Shown here one piece after another: positions 18,461 through 26,640 of a stretch of 64,000 nucleotides of DNA (position 1 is its first letter; the number at the start of each line of letters is the position of its first letter). The stretch is from a virus, in IMG/VR virus record IMGVR_UViG_3300024346_006511, positions 32,001 to 96,000 of that record. One strand, written 5' to 3'. Both the position numbers and the translations under genes were made by a program. The notes beneath the pieces were generated by a model. That model searched no databases and had not been told where the DNA came from. It saw nothing but the letters and a program-made list of their open reading frames with translations.

Positions 18461-19185
18461 ATTAGTTTACCTGGTTTGTACATTCTTAATATATAGTCTC
18501 CTTCCCAATTTGGTATCGTATCCCAAGGTGAGTCTTCTAAATGGTAACCTGTTTTATTAAGTTCAGTATAATGCTCTTTTCTCTCTTTTGTTTTTTCTAA
18601 CCTACCTTTTATCCATCTATAGTGATCAATCTCTATTATATCTTTTTTATTATTAGTATTAACTTTTAAATGGTGAGGACTAGTCAATCTATCATGAGAA
18701 GGGAATATACATGGTTTATATAAATCGGTCCAAACTGTCCTGTTAGTAACTAAAGGAAATTGTTCCAAGAGTGGCTTGTCAGTTATTTCAATAAGCTCTT
18801 TCTTAGCAGATTCTCTATCTTGAAGTTTACCCCATCTGAAGTTATTATCTTTTAGGTACTCTCTAATTGGACTGTCCCATACCTGATGTTCATCTACATC
18901 AGCCATCATAATGTAATCCTCTAGTGAGCTTTCTATAATTTTATTAAGTTTATGAGTTTTAGTTACACCGTCAAATAATCCAACCCATTTTACCAAAGTG
19001 AGATTTGTATCTCCTATTATCTCTTTAATCTCATTATAAACCTCTTTACATTTAAAGTCTGTTTTCTTGTGTATAATAAGGTGTATATGATCTATATGTA
19101 ATGCTCTATAATGCTTAAGAAAGTGGGACAGTAACGGTCTATCGTAGTCTAACCCAATGCAACTAATCAGTTTAATACTTATCAT
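18457..19185 (-). CDS. GT-A glycosyltransferase-like protein
   Basis: FLKHYRALHIDHI, MADVDE. Confidence 0.7.
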   Translation of the reverse strand: MISIKLISCIGLDYDRPLLSHFLKHYRALHIDHIHLIIHKKTDFKCKEVYNEIKEIIGDTNLTLVKWVGLFDGVTKTHKLNKIIESSLEDYIMMADVDEHQVWDSPIREYLKDNNFRWGKLQDRESAKKELIEITDKPLLEQFPLVTNRTVWTDLYKPCIFPSHDRLTSPHHLKVNTNNKKDIIEIDHYRWIKGRLEKTKERKEHYTELNKTGYHLEDSPWDTIPNWEGDYILRMYKPGKLI

Positions 19186-19673
19186 TTTTTATCTGCGTAC
19201 CATACTACCAGTACTTTTCTTGAACCTTTCAAAATCTTAGTGACTCTATGTGGAGCATCCATTCCCATATAGTATGCAACTTGACCTCTCTTCTTAAAAT
19301 TGGTAAGTTCTCCTCTAAGGTAAAAATCTCCGCCTTCGAAATCATCCTCTAACATAATAACATAAGTATGAAGAGAATTTTCATCTTTATGCTCTAATGC
19401 CTGTCCTCCTATATTGTAATTTACTCTATGAATAGTAATAGGGTCGTGCCTGTTTATTTGTAATGCTGCTGATAATGCTACATTTAATGATTCATTCTCT
19501 ACTGAGTAGAAATCTATATTGGTTTCATTAGATGCTTCTGTAAACCTATCAAAATGTACTAAGCCAGGAGCTAATCTCTCTAGTCTTTCCATCTGTTTTG
19601 GTTCAGCTTTAGGAACTATATCTAGAAACTCTTCTAATAAGGTTACAATGTCTTGTTCTATCTCAAATATCAT
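19182..19673 (-). CDS. 2OG-Fe(II) oxygenase
   Basis: HKD, FEGGDF, PHRVTKILKGSRKVLVVW. Confidence 0.85.
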   Translation of the reverse strand: MIFEIEQDIVTLLEEFLDIVPKAEPKQMERLERLAPGLVHFDRFTEASNETNIDFYSVENESLNVALSAALQINRHDPITIHRVNYNIGGQALEHKDENSLHTYVIMLEDDFEGGDFYLRGELTNFKKRGQVAYYMGMDAPHRVTKILKGSRKVLVVWYADKK

Positions 19674-20188
19674 TTTATAAACTTAAATTCACGTCCTCCT
19701 ATTTTGTGACATATTTTTATAGGTGCTTTATTCCATCCGTCCATGTACCCGTACATATAGTCACTATAACTTAGAAATAACTTAAACCCATGGTTGTACA
19801 TCTGTAAGCCTGTATTCTTAGGAATATCCAGGTCCTTACGTATATATGTACCTCCCCAGTATGTTGAGTTTTCAGTTGGTAGTGGATGTACTTCATTTAT
19901 CCAGTCATATGTAAAGACGTTAGAGAACCATCCCCAACCTATAGCCTCTTTTACGTCCTCGTGGAAAAACAAAGTACATTTAGACACTCCTTGTAATCTT
20001 AATTCGACATTAGTTATTGTTGGTCTTCCATCCCAATCACTTAAGTTAGTATCTATCGAACTAACAAATGCTTTAAAATGTTCTTCACCATCTTCAAACT
20101 TATCGATGACTTTGATAGAAAATGAATTATCGATTCTTAGAGGTTTAAACTCACTCTTATGAATCTGCATTTCATACCTACTACTCAT
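19670..20188 (-). CDS. GNAT-fold-like hypothetical protein
   Basis: YIRKDL...GLQMY, DGWNKAPIKICHKIG (acetyl-CoA-binding-like C-terminus). Confidence 0.55.
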   Translation of the reverse strand: MSSRYEMQIHKSEFKPLRIDNSFSIKVIDKFEDGEEHFKAFVSSIDTNLSDWDGRPTITNVELRLQGVSKCTLFFHEDVKEAIGWGWFSNVFTYDWINEVHPLPTENSTYWGGTYIRKDLDIPKNTGLQMYNHGFKLFLSYSDYMYGYMDGWNKAPIKICHKIGGREFKFIK

Positions 20189-20420
20189 CTTTAACTAACT
20201 CATCAACTGCTATCTCTAATCCGAGTAACAGACTTGTTGTACCAAACTCTTTTCTAACTTCTTCCGCTCGCATCTCTACCTGTGCTAATACATTTGCTTT
20301 AGTAGCCTTAGCAAGTAAAGCCATAATTTTATATTCTCTAGATTGCTCTGGAGACATATAGTCTGTTTGGATTATTCCATCCTCTACTAACTCGTTGTAT
20401 TTTTTAATTGAATCGCTCAT
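20181..20420 (-). CDS. hypothetical protein
   Basis: ORF overlaps both neighbours in the operon. Confidence 0.7.
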   Translation of the reverse strand: MSDSIKKYNELVEDGIIQTDYMSPEQSREYKIMALLAKATKANVLAQVEMRAEEVRKEFGTTSLLLGLEIAVDELVKDE

Positions 20421-20937
20421 TGAAAACCTTTTTAAAGTTATTATATCCTATTGAAGCATTAGCTCTCCAATCTGTACTGTCTCCAGAGTCGCTAATCCAT
20501 TTAAATAAAGATAAGGAAATATTTTCAGACAAGCAAACTTTTGCTATAGAATATCCCTCCATATCTACTAAATCACATTTTCGAAGATTCTCAACATACG
20601 AATTACTATAAGTTGCTGTAGAGTCATAAAATGTATCTGTGGTAAATAATTTAACTTTAGTATCACTTACTTTAATACTCGAATGTTCTGGAACTACACA
20701 TCCATAAAAGTCGTCGTATACTTCTCCTACTTCAATAACATCTCCTATTCTAGCAGAACAAAGACTGCCACATGAACCAAAATTTACTACATGGTCAGGT
20801 TTATACTTCTGTATAAGTTTATAAGTATTAAGAGCTGCTTCTACTTTTCCTATACCAATTATATGTATAGGTACTCCATTTATTTCTGTATCGTGATGTT
20901 CAAGCTTTGTAGCTGATACTAATAAGATATTAGGCAT
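20404..20937 (-). CDS. mtnN: MTA/SAH nucleosidase (PNP/UDP family)
   Basis: GIGKVEAA, VVNFGSCG, TTDTF, VDMEG, KWISD. Confidence 0.8.
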   Translation of the reverse strand: MPNILLVSATKLEHHDTEINGVPIHIIGIGKVEAALNTYKLIQKYKPDHVVNFGSCGSLCSARIGDVIEVGEVYDDFYGCVVPEHSSIKVSDTKVKLFTTDTFYDSTATYSNSYVENLRKCDLVDMEGYSIAKVCLSENISLSLFKWISDSGDSTDWRANASIGYNNFKKVFNERFN

Positions 20938-21407
20938 TTTGTATTATGTGTTTTGTTAATTCCTATATCGAGTAAGCAAACAGTATCTGCTACTTCATAA
21001 CCCGCAAGTTCACAAAGTAGTTTTGCTGCTGCCATTGTTCCACCGGTCGCGAATACATCATCAACAATTATAACCGTACCAGAACCTTTTTGCATTTCTA
21101 CCGTATCTCTTCCATACTCCAATCCATACTCTAATGATACTAAGTCATTATTAGGTAGCTTGCCAGCTTTTCTAATCAACTTAAGACCAGCATGACAGTG
21201 ATCTGCCATAGCGGCCGCGAATATAAATCCTCTTGATTCTATACCTACCCAGTAATCAACACCTACTACATCAAAATTAGTAATGCGCTTCATCTCTGCT
21301 ACTGCTTGATGGAACGCGAATGGATCTGCAAGCAACGGTTGAATGTCTTTGTAATTTATCCCTTTTTTTGGAAAGTCGGGCACTTCAGTTATATAGTCTT
21401 TTAACAT
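20919..21407 (-). CDS. apt: adenine phosphoribosyltransferase
   Basis: PDFPKKGINYKDI, GIESRGF, IRKAGKLP, YGLEYG, IVDDVFATGGT. Confidence 0.93.
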   Translation of the reverse strand: MLKDYITEVPDFPKKGINYKDIQPLLADPFAFHQAVAEMKRITNFDVVGVDYWVGIESRGFIFAAAMADHCHAGLKLIRKAGKLPNNDLVSLEYGLEYGRDTVEMQKGSGTVIIVDDVFATGGTMAAAKLLCELAGYEVADTVCLLDIGINKTHNTKCLISY

Positions 21408-21703
21408 AATTCACATTCAGGCATAAACCACCATATTACCAATATCACTATTACAGCAACTACTGTCACTATGAGTTGAATTGGTTTATTTTGTTTTTCT
21501 TTCCAAGCTTTGAGTTTTAATCCCCATCTATATCCAATTCCTGCAGACCAGTCCATTGCTCTACCTATCCAATCAAATGGCGGCACCTTTAACAACGTTA
21601 CTAATCCTATAAGAAATCCTGTAAAGTATTCTCCTCCAAGCATAAGAATAATCGATGCTGCGATGAAGTAATACCCTATATACTTTTTAAGGTGTTCTCT
21701 CAT
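21401..21703 (-). CDS. membrane protein with C-terminal CxxC
   Basis: Three hydrophobic segments; ends MPECELC. Confidence 0.7.
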   Translation of the reverse strand: MREHLKKYIGYYFIAASIILMLGGEYFTGFLIGLVTLLKVPPFDWIGRAMDWSAGIGYRWGLKLKAWKEKQNKPIQLIVTVVAVIVILVIWWFMPECELC

Positions 21704-21864
21704 TTCTGTGTTTTGTTTTTCTGGTATATTTCTTCTTGTTCTTCACTGGCGATGGCATGCGCAGAGCATGGACCCACTCTTGGTAGGTCAACACCACTTC
21801 CTCCAACTTTACCTCTTTTTTCTCTCTTTTCGTTCCACTCATCACTAAAGTAAATAAATTCCAT
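21700..21864 (-). CDS. small hypothetical protein (54 aa)
   Basis: Start MEFIYF at 21864 lies just after a promoter; the longer 21924 start lies inside a terminator. Confidence 0.6.
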   Translation of the reverse strand: MEFIYFSDEWNEKREKRGKVGGSGVDLPRVGPCSAHAIASEEQEEIYQKNKTQK

Positions 21865-21868
21865 ACTA

Positions 21869-21899
21869 CAATATACGATTTTTATTATAAATATCCAAA
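21869..21899 (-). promoter_or_regulatory. early/middle promoter motif
   Basis: TTTG-N18-CGTATATTG. Confidence 0.7.
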
Positions 21900-21910
21900 G
21901 AATAAACAAT

Positions 21911-21934
21911 AAAAAACCCGGCACGTCTGCCGGG
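21911..21934 (-). terminator. intrinsic terminator
   Basis: CCCGGCA-GACG-TGCCGGG followed by TTTTTT. Confidence 0.85.
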
Positions 21935-22055
21935 CTATTGATGTTAAGAAGTGTACTGCAACCGGATGCAATTAAGATTACCGGAAATTTCTTTTACGCT
22001 CACGGGGTACTTGACGCCGGACTACTCCATACCGACTTTCTTACCTTAACTAACT
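21911..22055 (-). ncRNA. candidate stand-alone structured small RNA
   Basis: Own promoter (22061-22091) and terminator, GC-enriched, no ORF, complementary ends. Confidence 0.6.
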
Positions 22056-22060
22056 TACTA

Positions 22061-22091
22061 CAATATATGAATAATAAAGTTCATATGCAAC
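22061..22091 (-). promoter_or_regulatory. early/middle promoter motif
   Basis: GTTG-N18-CATATATTG. Confidence 0.75.
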
Positions 22092-22111
22092 TATATCACC
22101 ATATATTTCCC

Positions 22112-22139
22112 AAAAAAAACCCCTCCGTTTCCGGAAGGG
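22112..22139 (-). terminator. intrinsic terminator
   Basis: CCCTTCCG-GAAA-CGGAGGGG followed by T8. Confidence 0.88.
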
Positions 22140-22186
22140 CTTGTCAAATTCGCGCGTGGCGACTTCGTCGGAGAGAGAAACGCCCC

Positions 22187-22357
22187 CTACCCCTTCGTTG
22201 CCTCCATATTCGCTTTCTTGTAAGGTGTAATTAATTTTTTAATCTCACCTGCTGCTTTACGAGCTCTTGCTTGTGAAGTCTTTGTACTTCCGCTATTATT
22301 TTCAGCTAGTACATTAAATTGCTCTGCAATTTGTTCGAATAATTCTTCTTTGTTCAT
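22187..22357 (-). CDS. Hc1-like histone H1-like protein (56 aa; not in ORF track)
   Basis: MNKEELFEQI...TKTSQARARKAAGEIKKLITPYKKANMEATKG; ARARKA is the Bacteroidota Hc1-like motif. Confidence 0.75.
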   Translation of the reverse strand: MNKEELFEQIAEQFNVLAENNSGSTKTSQARARKAAGEIKKLITPYKKANMEATKG

Positions 22358-22839
22358 AATTGTTTAATTAATTTATATTTAGTGAATGAATAACTATACT
22401 TTAAGATATAGCTGAAAAATAAATCTCCTGCTATTGCATTAATAAAGAAAGGAATTGCTAAAGTATAACAAAGTACAAATCCTTCTATAGTTTTTGGATA
22501 ACCAGTCAACCATACTCCAAAGTTAGTAACAATGAAGAATATTAAACTGCTCATCAGTATATTTTTAGTTTTAACGGTCTTCCAATAGTGACCAAGTAAA
22601 CTGATAGCTAAGAAGGAACCGTAAACCCAAATCGATATTGAGTAAAACCCTAAGTAGATATCTGATATCGCCATAGCTATTAATGGAAGAAGAGTTCCTA
22701 ACACTCTATTACTAAAAGTAGTTGCTCCAAATAATGCTAAGGCAACTATAGGAGTAAAGTTAGGAGGATGAGGTGCTAATCTTACAAAGACAGCCAACAC
22801 TACAAACATTAACGTTATAAGTTCTTTATGTTTAAGCAT
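22354..22839 (-). CDS. DUF6580-family putative transporter (S-component-like)
   Basis: RLAPHPPNFTPIVALALF, FFIVTNFGVW, CYTLAIPFF. Confidence 0.8.
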   Translation of the reverse strand: MLKHKELITLMFVVLAVFVRLAPHPPNFTPIVALALFGATTFSNRVLGTLLPLIAMAISDIYLGFYSISIWVYGSFLAISLLGHYWKTVKTKNILMSSLIFFIVTNFGVWLTGYPKTIEGFVLCYTLAIPFFINAIAGDLFFSYILKYSYSFTKYKLIKQL

Positions 22840-23581
22840 CTTTAGTATTTGGACAAATTGGTATAGGTACCATCTTATGATTATTTCTATACTGGAAGCT
22901 ATAAAAGATTTTTAGTACTTCTTTTTGCCTTTTAGTAAGTTTTCTCTTATCACCTCCAAAAGTCATAGCCCATTCGAGTTCATCGTATGTACATCCTATT
23001 TGATCTTCATCTGTGCGATCGTCTCCCCAAAGTCCATCTGTTGGGGCAGCGTCAATAATCTCTAAGAGAATTCCTAATTCACAAGCAGCTTCTTTTACTT
23101 CAGATTTCATTAAATCTGCTATTGGACTAATATCAACTCCTCCGTCTCCATATTTAGTATAGAACCCAATTCCGAAGTCTTCTACTTTATTACCAGTTCC
23201 TACTACTAATCCGTTGACCATTGCAGCAGCGTGATATAAAGTAGTCATTCTTAGTCTTGATCTAGAATTAGCTAATGCTAACTTATCCTCTTTCTCAAAT
23301 ACGTTCTTGAAAGCCCAAAAAACCTCGTCTAAATTAAACTGTAAAGGAATTACATTCTCATACTTATTACAAAGCCATTCAATGTGAGATTCTGCTCTGC
23401 TGAGCTCTTCTTTGTTTTGTTCAATTGGAAGAGAGACTACATAAGTCAGTGCCCCAGTTTCTGCACATAAGGTAGAAGTAACGGCGGAGTCTATTCCGCC
23501 GCTTACTCCAATAACAAAGGTTTTATCATTTGCCTCCTTACTGTAATCACGTAACCAATTTGTAATAAAAGTATATTTCAT
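22832..23581 (-). CDS. nadE: NH3-dependent NAD+ synthetase
   Basis: GVSGGIDS, ANSRSRLRM, GTGNKVE, FYTKYGDGGVD, PTDGLW, DEDQIG. Confidence 0.95.
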   Translation of the reverse strand: MKYTFITNWLRDYSKEANDKTFVIGVSGGIDSAVTSTLCAETGALTYVVSLPIEQNKEELSRAESHIEWLCNKYENVIPLQFNLDEVFWAFKNVFEKEDKLALANSRSRLRMTTLYHAAAMVNGLVVGTGNKVEDFGIGFYTKYGDGGVDISPIADLMKSEVKEAACELGILLEIIDAAPTDGLWGDDRTDEDQIGCTYDELEWAMTFGGDKRKLTKRQKEVLKIFYSFQYRNNHKMVPIPICPNTKDA

Positions 23582-25236
23582 TATCCTAATAACATTTGTT
23601 GAGCTGGATCTACTGGTGTTTTAGAATCTACAGTCTTATCTATCGATACTACTGCTTCAGTAATTAACATCGTTCCGGCTACAGATACTGCATTCTCTAA
23701 TGCTAGTCTAGTAACTTTAGTTGGATCGATAATACCTTCTTTAAACATATTAGCAAAGTCCTCTGCTCTTGAATTATAACCGTACCATTGATCTTTCTTT
23801 TTAAGGTCAATTTTCGTTTTGATATCCTCTATTTCTTTTTCTGAATAACCAGCATTGTAGAGTATCTGATAGAAAGGTCTTTCAATTGATTCAAGTAATA
23901 TTTGAATACCTACTTGTTCACTTGAAGATAGCTTTTTAAACTTACCTTTATCTTTATATTCTCTAAGTAGAGTTGCTGCATTAAGTAGTGCTACTCCTCC
24001 TCCAGGTAGAATTCCTTCCTCTAGAGCTGCCTTAGTGGCGTGAAGAGCATCATCTACTCGATCTTTCTTCTCTTTCATTTCTATTTCTGTATGTCCACCT
24101 ACATGAACTATAGCAACTCCTCCTATAAGTTTACCTAATCTATCTTGAAGGTTTTCTTTCTCAAAAGGTGAATTCGATTCATCGATTTGAGTTCTAATCT
24201 CTTGAACTCTCTCTTCGATTCTATCTTCAGCTCCTTTCGCATCAATAATAGTACAAGTATCTTTAGATACAGTAGCCTTAACTGCTTTACCTAGCCATTC
24301 AGGTTTAAATTTATCTAATCTCATACCTTTCTCTGATGAAATTACTGTACCTCCGGTTAAGATAGCGATATCTTCTAGAGTTGCTTTTTTCCTATCTCCA
24401 AAGTCTGGTGCTTTTACAGCTGCTACGGGAAGGATACCTCTCATCTTATTAACTACCATAGTAGATAACGCCTCTCCATCGATATCGTCAGCTATTACTA
24501 ATAGCGACTTATTTTGTTGAGAGACTGCTTCTAAGACAGGAAGTAACTCCTTGACTTGATTTAGTCTTTTATCGGTAATAAGTATAAACGGATCACGAAG
24601 GACAGCAGTCATGGTATTGTTGTCTGTAACGAAGTATGGAGACTTATAACCTCTGTTGAATTGCATTCCTTCAACTGTTTCTAAATATGTTTCCCCAGTC
24701 TTTGACTCTTCGATTGCAACTACACCATCCTGTCCTACTTTTTCCATAGCAGTAGAAATTAATTCACCAACTTCTGTATCGTTATTGGCAGAGATAGTAG
24801 CGACTTGCTTTAGCTGTCCTTCGTCCGTTATATCTTTACTTACTGATTCTAAATACTCTACAGCTACTTTAGTAGCTTGTTCAATTCCTTTCTTTACCTG
24901 CACTGCAGTATGATCACCAATGGTACCTAAACCTTTTTGGAATATTTCTCTTGCTAGTAACGTAGACGTAGTAGTTCCATCACCAGCTTCTTCTGCTGTT
25001 TTAATTGATGCTTGTTTAACTAACTGTGCACCTACATTTTGTAACGGGTCTTTAAGTTCAATAGACTTAGCTACTGTTACACCGTCTTTGGTTGATATAG
25101 GGTTACCCTGTTGTTGTTCTATAATAACATTTCTACCTGCTGGTCCTAATGTACACACAACGGTCTTTGCTAATTTTTCGATACCTTCTGAAAGTCCTAC
25201 TCTAGCTTTGTGGTTAAATTCTAATTCTTTGCTCAT
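23581..25236 (-). CDS. groL: chaperonin GroEL
   Basis: [42 protein letters not shown]. Confidence 0.98.
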   Translation of the reverse strand: MSKELEFNHKARVGLSEGIEKLAKTVVCTLGPAGRNVIIEQQQGNPISTKDGVTVAKSIELKDPLQNVGAQLVKQASIKTAEEAGDGTTTSTLLAREIFQKGLGTIGDHTAVQVKKGIEQATKVAVEYLESVSKDITDEGQLKQVATISANNDTEVGELISTAMEKVGQDGVVAIEESKTGETYLETVEGMQFNRGYKSPYFVTDNNTMTAVLRDPFILITDKRLNQVKELLPVLEAVSQQNKSLLVIADDIDGEALSTMVVNKMRGILPVAAVKAPDFGDRKKATLEDIAILTGGTVISSEKGMRLDKFKPEWLGKAVKATVSKDTCTIIDAKGAEDRIEERVQEIRTQIDESNSPFEKENLQDRLGKLIGGVAIVHVGGHTEIEMKEKKDRVDDALHATKAALEEGILPGGGVALLNAATLLREYKDKGKFKKLSSSEQVGIQILLESIERPFYQILYNAGYSEKEIEDIKTKIDLKKKDQWYGYNSRAEDFANMFKEGIIDPTKVTRLALENAVSVAGTMLITEAVVSIDKTVDSKTPVDPAQQMLLG

Positions 25237-25238
25237 GC

Positions 25239-25547
25239 TTATGCTTCTTTAATAACTGCTAAAATTTCTCTATCTTGCGCTACGTAGTACTCATCTCCTT
25301 CGAAATCAATACGTAATGTACCGATTTTAGGAACTAGTACAACATCTCCTACTTTGCAGGATCTAACACTAATAATTTTACTTGGATCTAATTCGGACTG
25401 TCTTCCAGGACCGACGGCAAGTACTTCACCCATTTCAGGCTTCTCTTTACCCATATCGGGGATAACTATATTTCCGTAAGTTTGTTCTCCTTCGTCTATT
25501 GGTTTGAGGAGAATCCTATCATTTGTTGGTAATAACTGTTTTGACAT
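25239..25547 (-). CDS. groS: co-chaperonin GroES
   Basis: PTNDRILLK, GNIVIPD, GEVLAVGPG, KVGDVV. Confidence 0.96.
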   Translation of the reverse strand: MSKQLLPTNDRILLKPIDEGEQTYGNIVIPDMGKEKPEMGEVLAVGPGRQSELDPSKIISVRSCKVGDVVLVPKIGTLRIDFEGDEYYVAQDREILAVIKEA

Positions 25548-25570
25548 ATGTAACTTTGTTTATTTATATT

Positions 25571-25599
25571 AATATAAGAATAAAAATTGGAAGAACAAA
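25571..25599 (-). promoter_or_regulatory. early/middle promoter motif
   Basis: TTTG-N17-CTTATATT. Confidence 0.6.
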
Positions 25600-25615
25600 C
25601 CCAGAGCTGGTTTAT

Positions 25616-26035
25616 TTAGCTAATTTTCAAAGTTCTTGGCTCTGATCCTTTAGCAAAAGGGATAATAACTTGCAATAGTCCATTTTTAAACTCAGCTGTT
25701 GCTTTGCCTAAATTAAACTGACTATCTATTTTCCAACCTAAGTTAAATGATCTTTTAGCAATACCTCTATGGATATATTCGCCTAAGTCATCTTCTTTTG
25801 GTTTATCGTAATTTACTCTGATTATATTACCCTCAACGAGAATTTGGATATCATCCTTAGAAATTCCGGTACAAGCAATGTCTAGTCCTAGACCGTTGTC
25901 TCTTTCGTAAATATCTACTGGGTGGGGTAATTTGGAATCTGCTAAAGGTTGATACCTGTTAGCTGTTTGCAGGAAGTTCCTGACTAAGATGTCGAACGGA
26001 TTACGCTCATATATTACATTTCTTAATGTACTCAT
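25616..26035 (-). CDS. small heat-shock protein (Hsp20)
   Basis: PVDIYE, YIHRGIAKRSF, AEFKNGLL. Confidence 0.92.
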   Translation of the reverse strand: MSTLRNVIYERNPFDILVRNFLQTANRYQPLADSKLPHPVDIYERDNGLGLDIACTGISKDDIQILVEGNIIRVNYDKPKEDDLGEYIHRGIAKRSFNLGWKIDSQFNLGKATAEFKNGLLQVIIPFAKGSEPRTLKIS

Positions 26036-26109
26036 ATCATTTGTATTTGTGATGCCCTAAGGTCATCGGTTAATTAAAATTTAAAGCGCTCTGGGCTGCC
26101 TTCCATTTG

Positions 26110-26640
26110 TTATAAATATCGTTGTTTTTTCTTTTTCTGTTCTTGTCTAAGTCTCTTGCTTAGATCTGGTTTAAAAATTAAATCGTAAGGTACTTTACCT
26201 TCATAGTATATATCCTCATAAAATGAGATTGGTATATTTAATTTTTTTGATAGCCATTCTATTTTTTCATCTAAGTACTTTATTTTATCAACATAAAACT
26301 CTAAAGGGTATTTAGGTTCTATAGTTCCTGCTTGCCATTTCAAATGATCTCCTTGTTTTAGGTATTTCATTCCGTGTAGCGCTTGCCAAGATTCTGCTTG
26401 AGCAATTTTATCTTTACGTTGTAGTAAAATAATATTACTAAACCGCTTACTAAAATCTACTATATCATCTAACGTATAATCAACAGTTTTGAAAGGTATT
26501 AATTTAATACATTTAGCCTTCTTTAAATGTTTTATCTCTCTTGGTTCACTAATGAACTTAAAGTCATAATTTTTACTTAATTCGTTACCGAGATAAGTAC
26601 TGCCAGTTCTAGGACCTGATATGATAAGTATACCTTCCAT
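26110..26640 (-). CDS. sulfotransferase-like (Stf0-type)
   Basis: PRTGSTYL PAPS loop, EP, RKDKIAQAES, YED. Confidence 0.75.
   Translation of the reverse strand: MEGILIISGPRTGSTYLGNELSKNYDFKFISEPREIKHLKKAKCIKLIPFKTVDYTLDDIVDFSKRFSNIILLQRKDKIAQAESWQALHGMKYLKQGDHLKWQAGTIEPKYPLEFYVDKIKYLDEKIEWLSKKLNIPISFYEDIYYEGKVPYDLIFKPDLSKRLRQEQKKKKQRYL

Noticed and set aside
25547-26110. CIRCE/HrcA operator before the chaperone genes
   Set aside because: No TTAGCACTC-N9-GAGTGCTAA or close variant found.
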